Shown here: piece after piece, positions 21,110-31,047 of the stretch
Numbering within the stretch: the stretch's first letter is position 1
Layout of the letters: every line of letters begins with the position of its first letter
Assembly (NCBI GenBank): GCA_044347345.1
Contig: JBIKUX010000013.1
Span: 1-64,000 of the forward strand
Reading direction: 5' to 3'
Source of the DNA: Bdellovibrionota bacterium
Lineage (GTDB): Bacteria > Bdellovibrionota_C > UBA2361 > JBIKUX01
Length of the DNA: 64,000 nucleotides
Position numbers and translations under genes: made by a program
Notes under the pieces: model-generated
Seen by the model: the letters and a program-made list of their open reading frames with translations, nothing else
What the model was told of the DNA's origin: nothing
The model's database searches: none

Positions 21110-23848
21110 ATGACGCAAGATGGTATTGATGGAATTAGTGAAAATCATCAAGTGCACCAGTATCTACCGGAGTTAATTGAAGAAAAGTGGCAAAGGTATT
21201 GGGAGCATAATCAGATTTTTTCAGGTCAAACATTCTCCTCTTCCACTAGGCCAAAATGTTATATTTTGGATATGTTCCCGTATCCATCAGGAACCGGTCT
21301 TCATGTAGGACATCCTCTTGGATACTCAGCTACTGACGTCTATTCTCGGTATAAACGCATGCTAGGGTATAGTGTCCTCCATCCAATGGGATTTGATGCA
21401 TTTGGTCTTCCAGCTGAGCAACACGCTGTCTCCACAGGTGAGCATCCTTCTCTCATTACTCGGCGAAATTGTGACCTGTTTAGAACCCAATTAAAGCGTC
21501 TCGGCTTTAGTTATGATTGGAATCTAGAGTTAGCTACATGTGACAAAGAATACTATAAATGGACTCAATGGATCTTCTTATTGCTGTATAATTCTTGGTT
21601 TGATATCGAGCTTAACAAAGCTCGTCCCATTGAAACTCTCGCTATTCCGCCTGAAATTACCGAACAAGGTCTTTTAGCAATACAAAATTATCAAGCGGCT
21701 TACCGATTGGCCTATTACTCTGAAGCTCTGGTTAACTTCTGCCCTGCTTTAGGCACCGTTCTCGCAAATGAGGAAGTTATTGATGGTAAGAGCGAGAGAG
21801 GCGGTCATGACGTAATTCGCAAACCTATGAAGCAGTGGATGTTGCGCATCACAGCCTATGCTGAGCGGCTCTTAGCTGGGCTTGATACTGTCGATTGGCC
21901 TGAGAATATAAAAGAACAACAGCGTCATTGGATTGGACGAAAGGAGGGAGCAAACGTAACCTTCTCTTCTCTTGATGGTGATACACAGGTAACAGTTTTT
22001 ACTACTCGCCCAGATACCCTTTTTGGTGTGACGTTCTTAGCTTTAGCTCCAGAAAATTCTCTCGTTACCAAATTCACCACAGACGACCAATGCGCCAAGG
22101 TAACTGCTTACCAAAAAGAGGCATCTCATTTATCTGACATTACCAGAACACTTGAAAATAGAAAGAAAACTGGAGTTTGGACAGGAAGCTTTGTAATAAA
22201 TCCTCTATCTGGTGAGCAGGTTCCCGTCTACGTAGCTGATTACGTATTGTTTGGTTACGGTACTGGCGCTGTCATGGGAGTTCCAGCGCATGATGAACGT
22301 GACTTTGAGTTTGCGCGCACTTTTGATATCGCCATAAAACCAGTAATTCTGCCTAAAAATACGGACGAAGAAACTATCCAAGACGTTATTGATGGTGAAG
22401 ATTTTTGGGAGGGCTCAGGTACTATGCTACCTCTGCCCGTCACCTTAATGGCTGAACTAGGTTTAGTTAATATGCCTAATGAACAAGCTGGAAAGGTCAT
22501 AGTGTCTTGGCTTGAGGCCAACAATTACGGAGAAAAAGTAGTTCAGTATAAACTCCGTGACTGGCTTTTTTCTCGCCAAAGATACTGGGGGGAGCCTATC
22601 CCTATAATTCACTGGCAGGATGGTCGAGTAACTTCTCTTGATGCAAAAGACCTTCCGCTTCTCCTCCCTCAGGTCGAGGATTACAAGCCCTCAGAAGGGG
22701 GCGAATCTCCTTTATCTAAAGTATCTGAATGGGTAAATGTAGTAGACCCAATAACTGGCGTTAAGGGTACGCGTGAAACTAACACAATGCCTCAATGGGC
22801 GGGTTCTTGTTGGTATTATCTTCGTTTTATAGATCCACAAAATACGACTGCTCCATGGGATGAAAATAAAGAAAAAACTTGGATGCCAGTTGACTTGTAT
22901 GTAGGCGGTGCTGAACACGCCGTGCTGCATCTTTTATATTCTCGTTTTTGGCATAAGGTTTTATTCGATCTTGGTTTTGTATCAACTGAGGAGCCTTTCC
23001 AAAAACTTTTCAATCAAGGAATGATTGTTAATGAAGCGTTTCGCAATAAAAAGGGTAGTTTAGTGCCTACCGATAAGGTAATTCACCAAGAAAATGGTGA
23101 CTATATTCATAGAGAGACAGGCGAAAAACTTGAAAAAATAATCGGCAAAATGTCTAAGTCTCTTAGGAACGTCATTGATCCGCTCGAAGTTGTAAAGGAG
23201 TACGGTGCCGACACCTTACGCACGTACTTGCTCTTTATGGGGCCTCTAGATGCTACTCGTCCTTGGGATTCAAAGGCTATTACAGGCAATTTTCGTTTTT
23301 TAAAAAGAGCTTTTAATTTCGTTACTGATAAAGGAAAGGGAGCACTAATTTTAGAAGAACAAGAAAGTTCTGATACTCGGCGCGTTGTTGCGAAAACTAT
23401 TAAACGAGTCACTGTGGACTTAGAAGCCCTTCGTTTTAATACTGCGATATCAGCTCTGATGGAATTTGTTAATAAACTTCAATCAGAAGTTGTGAGCAAG
23501 ACTACCCTATCAGTTTTTGTGCGTTTGTTATCTCCTTTTGCACCTCATTTAGCGGAAGAACTTTGGGAACAGCTAGGAAATGAACCCAGCGTAGCTTATG
23601 CAGAGTGGCCTACCTACGATCCATCGCTACTTCTAACTGAGGAAGTAACAGTTGTGATTCAAATTGAAGGAAAAAAACGAGGAGTGGTAACAGTGCCAAG
23701 AGAGATAGATGAGGTATCACTAAGGCAGCACATTGTCGCTGCTATGTCTACCACTCAATATCAAGTGAAAGATACCGATACTTTTGTTATCGTATATCAA
23801 AAGGACTCTAAGGTACCTAAATTAGTCAATATAATGTTAGCTACCTAA
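21110..23848 (+). CDS. leuS: Leucine--tRNA ligase
   Basis: MFPYPSGTGLHVGH, FTTRPDT, GTGAVMGVPAHD, RDWLFSRQRYWGEP, KMSKS. Confidence 0.98.
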   Translation: MTQDGIDGISENHQVHQYLPELIEEKWQRYWEHNQIFSGQTFSSSTRPKCYILDMFPYPSGTGLHVGHPLGYSATDVYSRYKRMLGYSVLHPMGFDAFGLPAEQHAVSTGEHPSLITRRNCDLFRTQLKRLGFSYDWNLELATCDKEYYKWTQWIFLLLYNSWFDIELNKARPIETLAIPPEITEQGLLAIQNYQAAYRLAYYSEALVNFCPALGTVLANEEVIDGKSERGGHDVIRKPMKQWMLRITAYAERLLAGLDTVDWPENIKEQQRHWIGRKEGANVTFSSLDGDTQVTVFTTRPDTLFGVTFLALAPENSLVTKFTTDDQCAKVTAYQKEASHLSDITRTLENRKKTGVWTGSFVINPLSGEQVPVYVADYVLFGYGTGAVMGVPAHDERDFEFARTFDIAIKPVILPKNTDEETIQDVIDGEDFWEGSGTMLPLPVTLMAELGLVNMPNEQAGKVIVSWLEANNYGEKVVQYKLRDWLFSRQRYWGEPIPIIHWQDGRVTSLDAKDLPLLLPQVEDYKPSEGGESPLSKVSEWVNVVDPITGVKGTRETNTMPQWAGSCWYYLRFIDPQNTTAPWDENKEKTWMPVDLYVGGAEHAVLHLLYSRFWHKVLFDLGFVSTEEPFQKLFNQGMIVNEAFRNKKGSLVPTDKVIHQENGDYIHRETGEKLEKIIGKMSKSLRNVIDPLEVVKEYGADTLRTYLLFMGPLDATRPWDSKAITGNFRFLKRAFNFVTDKGKGALILEEQESSDTRRVVAKTIKRVTVDLEALRFNTAISALMEFVNKLQSEVVSKTTLSVFVRLLSPFAPHLAEELWEQLGNEPSVAYAEWPTYDPSLLLTEEVTVVIQIEGKKRGVVTVPREIDEVSLRQHIVAAMSTTQYQVKDTDTFVIVYQKDSKVPKLVNIMLAT

Positions 23849-24027
23849 TTTCAGGATTTGCGTAGCATACTACCAAATTTTTGCAAAAAATTTAAGCAGA
23901 GAAAAAGCTTTAATCTTTGCTCTTTATTTTCCGACAAAGCATCATAAGGGTACTAGTTTATTCCTCGAAGCAGGGATAAGGAGGCTTTGCGTAGCTTAAC
24001 CCTTTGTTTTTGCAGTTGCAGAGAGAT

Positions 24028-24537
24028 ATGGAGTCAGTACTCCTTTTAAACTCAAGTTACGAACCCTTAAAAATAATCACTTGGCAACGAGCCGTCACCT
24101 TATTTTTCGATGGAAAAGTAGAAGTAGTAGAGGAATATGACCATCAAATTAGGTCAGTATCCCTCGTAATTAAGGCTCCGGCTGTCGTTCGCCTTCTTCG
24201 CTTTGCAAAATTTGGCCGTCAATCACCGCCTTTTTCTCGCCTAAATGTGTTTGCTCGCGACCGATTTGAATGTCAATATTGTGGCAAAAGTCTCTCTGTA
24301 TACACAGCGACAGTAGACCACGTCTTACCAAGAAGTAGGGGAGGCACCACTTCGTGGTTAAATGTGGTATCTTCTTGCAGTCCCTGTAACCGTAAAAAAG
24401 GATGGCTTACCCCCGATGAAGCAGGAATGAAACTTAGAGGTCAGCCTACTAAACCTCAGTGGCTTCCAGTGTTATTATTGCGATCTCATGAAAAAATCCC
24501 CCAACCTTGGCGTGCATTCTTTGTTGTTACCAAGTAA
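24028..24537 (+). CDS. HNH endonuclease (McrA-like)
   Basis: VLLLNSSYEPL...RDRFECQYCG...TVDHVLPRSRGG.TSW.NVVSSC..CN.KKG. Confidence 0.92.
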   Translation: MESVLLLNSSYEPLKIITWQRAVTLFFDGKVEVVEEYDHQIRSVSLVIKAPAVVRLLRFAKFGRQSPPFSRLNVFARDRFECQYCGKSLSVYTATVDHVLPRSRGGTTSWLNVVSSCSPCNRKKGWLTPDEAGMKLRGQPTKPQWLPVLLLRSHEKIPQPWRAFFVVTK

Positions 24538-25906
24538 GGCTCTTACTATCTTGACTGAGCGGTTAAAAGAACCCGCTGTTCGTAAAATTACTAAAGCTTT
24601 ATTGTCTCTCGGTCAGATTTATATTGTGGGAGGAGCCCTAAGAGACGCTGTCAGTGGTGCTATACCTCGTGATCTTGACTTTGCTACAGATGTTGATGCC
24701 GAAACTATTGCGGAGTCTCTCACGAAACTCGGTATTCGAGTTGTTCCCACTGGAATAAGCCACGGCACCGTACTAGTAGTGGGCAAAGATATATCAATTG
24801 AGGTAACTACTTTTCGGTCTCCGTCTAACAGATATCAATCAAAAAGAGGGCACTCAATTGAAGAAGACTTGGCTGGTAGAGATTTCACCGTTAATGCTCT
24901 TGCATGGAAATTAAGTTCCAGTGGTGAGCTACTAGGTGATCTAATAGACCCATTTAACGGCTTTTCTCATATAAACGAAAAGTATATCTGTGGAGTCTCA
25001 CCTGTCATCGATAGATTTAAAGAAGACCCGTTAAGAATCTTGCGAATGGTAAGATTCGGTCCTGCGATAGGTTGGACGGTTGACTCTGCTACCACTCAGG
25101 CCGCAGTTACCTGCGCTAGTGAATTAGCCAGCGTAAGTTGTGAACGAATACGAGATGAATTATCCAGCATAATTGTAGCTAGTAATGCTGGGACAGCTCT
25201 TAAATTTATGGCTAAAAATTGCCTTCTTGAATTTACTCTTCCAGAACTAATGCCAGCTATTGGTTGTGAGCAAAATGAGTTTCATACTGAAGATGTTTTC
25301 AATCATATTTGCTCTGTAGTTGATCGTTCTCCTCATCACTCCCTTTCACTAAGGTTATCAGCCCTTTTTCATGATATCGGTAAGCCAGCTACCTTATCCA
25401 TCAGACCAGACGGTCGTAGAAATTTTTATCTTCATGAAATTGAGAGCGAAAAAATTGCTACCAAAATAATGGAAAGACTTCGTTTCCCGCGAAAACTTAT
25501 TAAGCAAGTAGCTCTTCTGGTTCGTTATCACATGCGACCTTTGTCTTGCGGCCCAGCTGGAGTGCGACGGTTACGACGTGACTTAGCCGAAGATTTTGAG
25601 TTATGGAAAGAATTGAAGCGCGCCGACAAAACACCGGTATGTTCAGAGGAAGATTTTATCGCTGAAATGACACGCTTTAACAGTTTATGTAAAGAAGAAG
25701 ATGAGCGTATAGAACAAGCCAATCGACCAACTCGCTTAGCCATCACTGGAACTGATATTGTTTTATTAGGAATTCCTTCGGGCCCGATAATAGGAAAAAT
25801 ATTAAAAGAATTGGAAGAAGAAATAATTTTAGACCCTTCTAAAAATACCCGTGTCCACCTTCTACAACTTGCAGAAAAAATTCTTACAGACTCATCCACG
25901 AATTAG
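24488..25906 (+). CDS. cca: Class II tRNA nucleotidyltransferase with HD domain (CCA- or CC-adding)
   Basis: VGGALRD, DLDFAT, EDLAGRDFTVNA, EDPLRILR, ERIRDE, HDIGK. Confidence 0.88.
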   Translation: MKKSPNLGVHSLLLPSKALTILTERLKEPAVRKITKALLSLGQIYIVGGALRDAVSGAIPRDLDFATDVDAETIAESLTKLGIRVVPTGISHGTVLVVGKDISIEVTTFRSPSNRYQSKRGHSIEEDLAGRDFTVNALAWKLSSSGELLGDLIDPFNGFSHINEKYICGVSPVIDRFKEDPLRILRMVRFGPAIGWTVDSATTQAAVTCASELASVSCERIRDELSSIIVASNAGTALKFMAKNCLLEFTLPELMPAIGCEQNEFHTEDVFNHICSVVDRSPHHSLSLRLSALFHDIGKPATLSIRPDGRRNFYLHEIESEKIATKIMERLRFPRKLIKQVALLVRYHMRPLSCGPAGVRRLRRDLAEDFELWKELKRADKTPVCSEEDFIAEMTRFNSLCKEEDERIEQANRPTRLAITGTDIVLLGIPSGPIIGKILKELEEEIILDPSKNTRVHLLQLAEKILTDSSTN

Positions 25907-26015
25907 TTAGTATGTATGTCGTTAATCCAACCTAATGTGTGTTACACTTTACAAATTAAGGGAGTAACATGCTCATAGCCCTTAGTTAGATTCAATTTAA
26001 TTAAATTTATTTTTT

Positions 26016-26708
26016 ATGAAGCGGTCTACGGTCACAGCTGCCGGGATTATGATGGCGTTTATTGTTTTTAATCTGTGTTACTTACAGATTAAAACAGTTG
26101 AGGAATCCCGTTTTGAAGAATGGTTAAAAGAAGCTGAAGCAAGAATGTTTATACCGCTAGATAGTACTAGTGATTCAAAAGATTTTACTAAGCCCGGTTT
26201 CAGTACATCATTTTCACCCTCTGAAAAGATTCTGCCAAGTAACTCTAACTCAACCAAGGATTTAAGAGTATCTAAGACAGAGGGAACAACCGGAGAGGAA
26301 GAAGGAGAATTAGTTGAGTACAACGGTGATAGTAATCTTATATCTTCTTTGTCGCTTACAATATCGGGACAAAATAGTAGTATTAGCTACAAGCTTTCAG
26401 CCAATGACAATATAAGTAATCAAACTAAAATTATCCGGCTTCTTCAACTACTGAGGGAGAGTTCGTTTTTTTCGATGTCCAAGGCTTCTTTACTGTCTTT
26501 TAACGCTCAAATTATGACAATTGAGATTGTTGGTGTTGATGGAAATAGATTTAATAGGTCGGTAGATGCTCGAGCACTACAAGAAAAAACCTCTGGGATG
26601 CTATTTTTAAAACTATTTGATCTTTATACAAATTCTACAACTAGTAAGAGTCTAGTAGCGAGTGAAGAAACAAATTCTTCTTCTTCTTTTTCCCGTCTTC
26701 CGAACTAA
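26016..26708 (+). CDS. Hypothetical membrane-anchored protein
   Basis: 230-aa ORF with an N-terminal TM segment, Ser-rich. Confidence 0.6.
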   Translation: MKRSTVTAAGIMMAFIVFNLCYLQIKTVEESRFEEWLKEAEARMFIPLDSTSDSKDFTKPGFSTSFSPSEKILPSNSNSTKDLRVSKTEGTTGEEEGELVEYNGDSNLISSLSLTISGQNSSISYKLSANDNISNQTKIIRLLQLLRESSFFSMSKASLLSFNAQIMTIEIVGVDGNRFNRSVDARALQEKTSGMLFLKLFDLYTNSTTSKSLVASEETNSSSSFSRLPN

Positions 26709-26808
26709 ACCAACCAAACTTGGCTAATTTTTTGAGGTAAGCAGAATGATGCTATTCTCTTGATTTTAGAAATATCTCTTTTAAATATTCAAAAAATAGT
26801 GTGACTAA

Positions 26809-26837
26809 TTGACACTATGAGTCTGTCTAGCTACTAT
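26809..26837 (+). promoter_or_regulatory. Sigma70-type promoter for the tRNA pair
   Basis: TTGACA-N17-TACTAT about 130 bp upstream of tRNA-Ile. Confidence 0.65.
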
Positions 26838-26968
26838 TTTGTTCTCCAAAGACATGTTAACTCTTAGAATAATGTGGTAAAGTGTTTAAAATTTAGCGGA
26901 GTGAATAAAGCCGTTACAGTATTTAAAGTCTAAGTAACCAAATTATTTAAAAAGATCTTTTACTATTA

Positions 26969-27045
26969 GGGCTCGTAGCTCAGCTGGTTAGAGTACACGC
27001 CTGATAAGCGTGAGGTCGGTAGTTCAAGTCTACCCGGGCCCACCA
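26969..27045 (+). tRNA. tRNA-Ile(GAT)
   Basis: GGGCTCGTAGCTCAGCTGGTTAGAGTACACGCCTGATAAGCGTGAGGTCGGTAGTTCAAGTCTACCCGGGCCCACCA. Confidence 0.97.
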
Positions 27046-27188
27046 AAGTTAGCTAAAGTTAACTAAGGCTAGTTTAGCAAAGCTAGTATGGTAAATGTTT
27101 AGCTTGGTAAAAAAGTTTCTTTATGGGAAAGCATAAAAGAAAGTCTTTTAAGAGCTTTAGTAAAGAGTTCTAGCAAAGAGATGTTTAC

Positions 27189-27261
27189 GGGGCTGTAGCT
27201 CAGCTGGGAGAGCGCCTGCCTTGCACGCAGGAGGTCATGGGTTCGATCCCCGTCAGCTCCA
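27189..27261 (+). tRNA. tRNA-Ala(TGC), CCA not encoded
   Basis: GGGGCTGTAGCTCAGCTGGGAGAGCGCCTGCCTTGCACGCAGGAGGTCATGGGTTCGATCCCCGTCAGCTCCA followed by TTTTTT. Confidence 0.96.
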
Positions 27262-27376
27262 TTTTTTCGCTTCCATCCAATTGGAGGCACTTCAAGCTTT
27301 TAGCTGCATCTAACAGAATACATTTTAAATAGTTCGGTTAAAGTGTTATCACTGTTGTGATTAGATATTTTATCTT

Positions 27377-28303
27377 ATGTTCGCCGACGCTCCGATATCT
27401 CTTGAGACAATCGAATTTGCTGCAATCAAAGGTGCTGAAGTCGTCCTATCAGCCATTAAAACTAGAGAAATAAATACTGATAATTATTCGCTAACTTGTT
27501 GGAAAAAAAGCGATAAGTCTCTTGTAAGTTCGCTTGATATTGATTCTGAAAAGGTAATTATTTCTCTCTTAGAATCCCATATCCCTTGTATATCGGAGGA
27601 GCGTGATGGAGTGGCTAATTTCAAAGTACCATCAGATTGGTGGATATCAGTTGATCCAATAGATGGAACTACTAGCTGTGTTAGGAATTTAACAACGCGA
27701 AATGGTCAAATTGGATTTGGTCCATTGTTAGGACTTTTTCATGGTGACAAATTATATGCATCAGTATTTGCTCATATTCCAGAAAGAACTCTGTTTACCG
27801 CCACATTAGGAGCGGGTGCTTGGGCTACGCCATTACCTGACTTAGGAGAAGAGAGAAGTCAAATTTTACCACTTAGCGAGCGACTACCACTAAAACCACC
27901 AACTATTTCAAGAAATTCTTCAAAAGTTCTAAGTGACTGTGCAATGCTAGGATACTTTGGTTCACGTATCGACGCCGAAATCTTGGGGGCTCTTCGTGAA
28001 ACTAAAAGTATTCAAACATTTTATCGGTTTGGCGGTCTAGCTAATGATTGCGTGCGAGTAGCCCGAGGAGATGAAGATATTGCCTTTCAGCTTCAAATTA
28101 AGCCTTGGGATTTTCCGAGCATACTTTTTCTTCATGAATCAGACCATGAAGTAGTGCTAGACCCTTTAAAAACAAAAATACCTTTTGTTGATTGGGGCGT
28201 TAAAGCCAATAATCCAATGATAGCTACAGATAAAAGTTTAATTAGTGAACTACTTTCAAAAATAAAAGATTTATCATCTGAATCTTTTTTGCATACATTG
28301 TGA
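27377..28303 (+). CDS. Inositol monophosphatase (FIG) family protein
   Basis: D..SE, ISEE, VDPIDGT and KPWD motifs. Confidence 0.85.
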   Translation: MFADAPISLETIEFAAIKGAEVVLSAIKTREINTDNYSLTCWKKSDKSLVSSLDIDSEKVIISLLESHIPCISEERDGVANFKVPSDWWISVDPIDGTTSCVRNLTTRNGQIGFGPLLGLFHGDKLYASVFAHIPERTLFTATLGAGAWATPLPDLGEERSQILPLSERLPLKPPTISRNSSKVLSDCAMLGYFGSRIDAEILGALRETKSIQTFYRFGGLANDCVRVARGDEDIAFQLQIKPWDFPSILFLHESDHEVVLDPLKTKIPFVDWGVKANNPMIATDKSLISELLSKIKDLSSESFLHTL

Positions 28304-28315
28304 TCTTAATGCCGT

Positions 28316-28897
28316 ATGGCAGAAGAAGAGCCCACAACATCAACCCCGGAAAAACCTAAAAAAAAAGGGAAACTATTCTTAATAATAGGCCTTGCGGTCA
28401 TCCTTTTAGCAGGTGGAGGGGGAGCATTTTTATTTCTGGGAGGCAAGAAAAAAGTAGAGAAAGAAGCTCATACTGAAGATAGTTTGCCAGTTCTCTCCTC
28501 CTTTACTATTGATACATTTATTGTAAATTTATCTGGAAGCGGAAACTTCCTAAAAACTAAAATTGAAATTGAATACGATACTAAAGTTATAGAAAAGCTC
28601 TCCGCTGCGCAGGTAAAAGCAAGTGGCGCTCATGGTGGTGGAGGCGCTGGTATGAGCGGAGGCGGTGGAGGTGGCGGAGGCGCCGTTAGTGGACCACCCC
28701 CTTTAATGGTTAAGAGAATGCCAATGGTTCGAGATATAATCATCGAATTACTTTCAAGAAAAACTGGTGAAGAAGTTTTAACAGCGACGGGAAGAGAAAC
28801 ACTCAAGCAAGAATTAGTTGATGGTATAAATGATGCGCTAGCCTTCGATGAGCCTGCTGTTGTAGCTGTCTACTTTATTGAATTTGTCGTTCAGTGA
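28316..28897 (+). CDS. fliL: Flagellar basal body-associated protein FliL
   Basis: KKKGKL + TM + GGGG; FIVNL, VRDIII.LLS.KT...G+E.LK.EL, VYF.EFVVQ. Confidence 0.92.
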   Translation: MAEEEPTTSTPEKPKKKGKLFLIIGLAVILLAGGGGAFLFLGGKKKVEKEAHTEDSLPVLSSFTIDTFIVNLSGSGNFLKTKIEIEYDTKVIEKLSAAQVKASGAHGGGGAGMSGGGGGGGGAVSGPPPLMVKRMPMVRDIIIELLSRKTGEEVLTATGRETLKQELVDGINDALAFDEPAVVAVYFIEFVVQ

Positions 28898-28970
28898 GTC
28901 TTTTATCTAACGTTTTTACGATAAAGTAGGTGACGAAAACACTTGGTACTGTTACTGTTTTTATGTAGCA

Positions 28971-29282
28971 ATGATGCACCTAGAGGTTACCGTCATGAAT
29001 CACTCAACCACTCAAGAGGATAAATTTTTGGGAAAGCCTTGGTTGTTGGTTGGGTTGGGGTTGAGTATTATCGCAAGTTTTTCTGGTTGCGCTATTTTTC
29101 GAGCTATAGGGAGCACAGTGGAATCTGTTGGAGAAGGCGCAGCCACTGTAGTTCGTGGAGTAGGCGACGGTTTTGGAAAGGCCGTGGGTGGCACGGGGAG
29201 AGCAGTCAGTAAAGCCGCTAGTGGAAAGTCAGAAAATTTAAAAGGCACAGCTCAAGAAACTGCTGAAGAAATCTCTTTTTAA
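28971..29282 (+). CDS. Small Gly/Ala/Val-rich lipoprotein
   Basis: Hydrophobic signal with lipobox FSGC, then amphipathic G..V...G repeats. Confidence 0.65.
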   Translation: MMHLEVTVMNHSTTQEDKFLGKPWLLVGLGLSIIASFSGCAIFRAIGSTVESVGEGAATVVRGVGDGFGKAVGGTGRAVSKAASGKSENLKGTAQETAEEISF

Positions 29283-29306
29283 ATTTTTTTAGAGTTGTTT
29301 TGAGTA

Positions 29307-29335
29307 TTGCTATCGTTTAATTATCGGGTTATTCT
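29307..29335 (+). promoter_or_regulatory. Putative sigma70 promoter for the SAM-I leader
   Basis: TTGCTA-N17-TATTCT about 25 bp before the riboswitch. Confidence 0.45.
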
Positions 29336-29360
29336 TGCGAGAGTTGTATTAGAAAGTATG

Positions 29361-29478
29361 TCTTATCAAGAGAGGTAGAGGGACCGGCCCTTTGAAGCCT
29401 CGGCAACCAAAAAACATTAAAAATGTTTTGTATTTAATGGTGCCAATTCCGTCAGGTTAAATACCTGAAAGATAAGAG
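29361..29478 (+). ncRNA. SAM-I (S-box) riboswitch
   Basis: TTATCAAGAGAGGTAGAGGGACCGGCCC...GAAGCCTCGGCAACC...GGTGCCAATTCC...GAAAGATAA has all hallmark S-box motifs and lies upstream of a Met-pathway gene. Confidence 0.96.
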
Positions 29479-29682
29479 TTAGTGAGCAGTGTAACCTGCC
29501 TCTAAATCTTTTAGCTTCGGTGTGATTTCTAGAAACTTTCAATAACTGATAGTAGCTAGTGTCATTGTCAGAATAGCTAGAAGAATTTGTGAGAAATTCA
29601 AAGTCGGTCCCGTAAAACTTCTCCTAATGAAAATTTAACTGGAACATCAGTAAAAATTTTCGCTAATTTTGGGAGATTTTAA

Positions 29683-31002
29683 ATGGGTAGCGAGTCATCT
29701 TCAATCAAAGAATTATCTACTCAATCAGAGTGGAATTACCCTTCAGGCTGGCCGTTTAATCAAGCTGAATCACTTAATAAAAGTGATGGTAATGATACGT
29801 TTTGTAATGTATCGGGAACCGCAGCTATACATAAGGGGCGCCCTAACAGGAGAGATTACGGCCCACTAACTTGCTCGCTCGCCAAGAGCACAAATTACGT
29901 TTTTGGCTCTACCGGAGATATTGATCGTTTTTACAAAGGTGAATTGCCTTTTGAATATGGGCGATACGGTAGTCCGACAGTAAACTATACGGAAGATCGT
30001 ATTGCAGCGCTTGAAGGTGGTGACCAATGCTTACTTTTTTCTTCTGGTATGAATGCTATCACCACGACAATCTTATCGTTATTGTCTGCGGGGGATCATA
30101 TAATCGTTGGAGACGATTCCTATAGACGCATCAGACTTTTTTGTACCAAGACGCTTGCAAGATTTGGAATCACTAGTTCAGTTGTTCCCATGGGCGATTA
30201 TGAAGCGCTAGATCTAGCATGCACTCCCAATACCAAGCTCCTAGTATTTGAAGTACCGACTAATCCTTTCCTCCGAGTGCTTGATATCAGCAGGGCGGCG
30301 GAGATAGCTAAAAAACACGGAGCATTACTTCTTTGTGATAGTACACTTGCGTCTCCGTGCGTTATTCAACCACTTAAATTTGGAGCAGACCTAGTTATTC
30401 ACTCTGCTACTAAGTTTTTAGGTGGTCACAATGATTTAATATGTGGTGCCGTAATTGGATCACACGACTTAATTGAAAAAATACATGAAGAGAGAAATAC
30501 ATTTGGTGGAATAGCAGATCCTGATGTTGCATGGCGTCTCGAGAGAAGTTTAAAAACACTTCCTTTGCGCATGAAGCAACACAACTCTTCGGCTCTAACT
30601 CTTGCAAAATTTCTTGAATCGCAATCTCTTGTTGAGCGTGTTTGGTATCCTTTGCTAGAATCCCACCCTGATCACACGGTTGCTACTAAGCAATTTCAAT
30701 CTGGTGGCTTTGGTGGAGGGGGTGTTGTTAGTTTTACCCTCAAAGGTAACGAATCTGGTGCTTGCTTCTTTTTAGATCAACTCAAAATTCCTTTTCTTGC
30801 TGACTCTCTCGGCGGCACAGAATCTTTGGTAAAGCATGTAGCTCGTATGTCTTACTACCGGTATTCCCGAGAGGAAAGATTAAAAGTAGGAATAACAGAC
30901 ACTCTGATTCGTTACTCGGTTGGTCTTGAAGAATGTTCAGATCTGATTGATGATCTTAAAGCAGCTTTTTGCCGTTACAAAAATTATCTTAATGCTATTT
31001 AG
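29683..31002 (+). CDS. metB: Cystathionine gamma-synthase / trans-sulfuration PLP enzyme
   Basis: YGRYGSPT, FSSGMNAI, EVPTNP, HSATKFLGGHND, SLGGTESL, IRYSVGLE; SAM-I riboswitch upstream. Confidence 0.82.
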   Translation: MGSESSSIKELSTQSEWNYPSGWPFNQAESLNKSDGNDTFCNVSGTAAIHKGRPNRRDYGPLTCSLAKSTNYVFGSTGDIDRFYKGELPFEYGRYGSPTVNYTEDRIAALEGGDQCLLFSSGMNAITTTILSLLSAGDHIIVGDDSYRRIRLFCTKTLARFGITSSVVPMGDYEALDLACTPNTKLLVFEVPTNPFLRVLDISRAAEIAKKHGALLLCDSTLASPCVIQPLKFGADLVIHSATKFLGGHNDLICGAVIGSHDLIEKIHEERNTFGGIADPDVAWRLERSLKTLPLRMKQHNSSALTLAKFLESQSLVERVWYPLLESHPDHTVATKQFQSGGFGGGGVVSFTLKGNESGACFFLDQLKIPFLADSLGGTESLVKHVARMSYYRYSREERLKVGITDTLIRYSVGLEECSDLIDDLKAAFCRYKNYLNAI

Positions 31003-31047
31003 AAAATAGATTGCTTACGCCTTGCCTTGTTACCAGAGACAAGAAAT

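Noticed and set aside
24028-24537. HNH gene as a mobile homing endonuclease or defence system
   Set aside because: It belongs to a widespread standalone HNH family in a housekeeping context, with no intron, methyltransferase or mobile signature.
27099-27290. 63-aa minus-strand ORF
   Set aside because: It is the antisense reading of tRNA-Ala.
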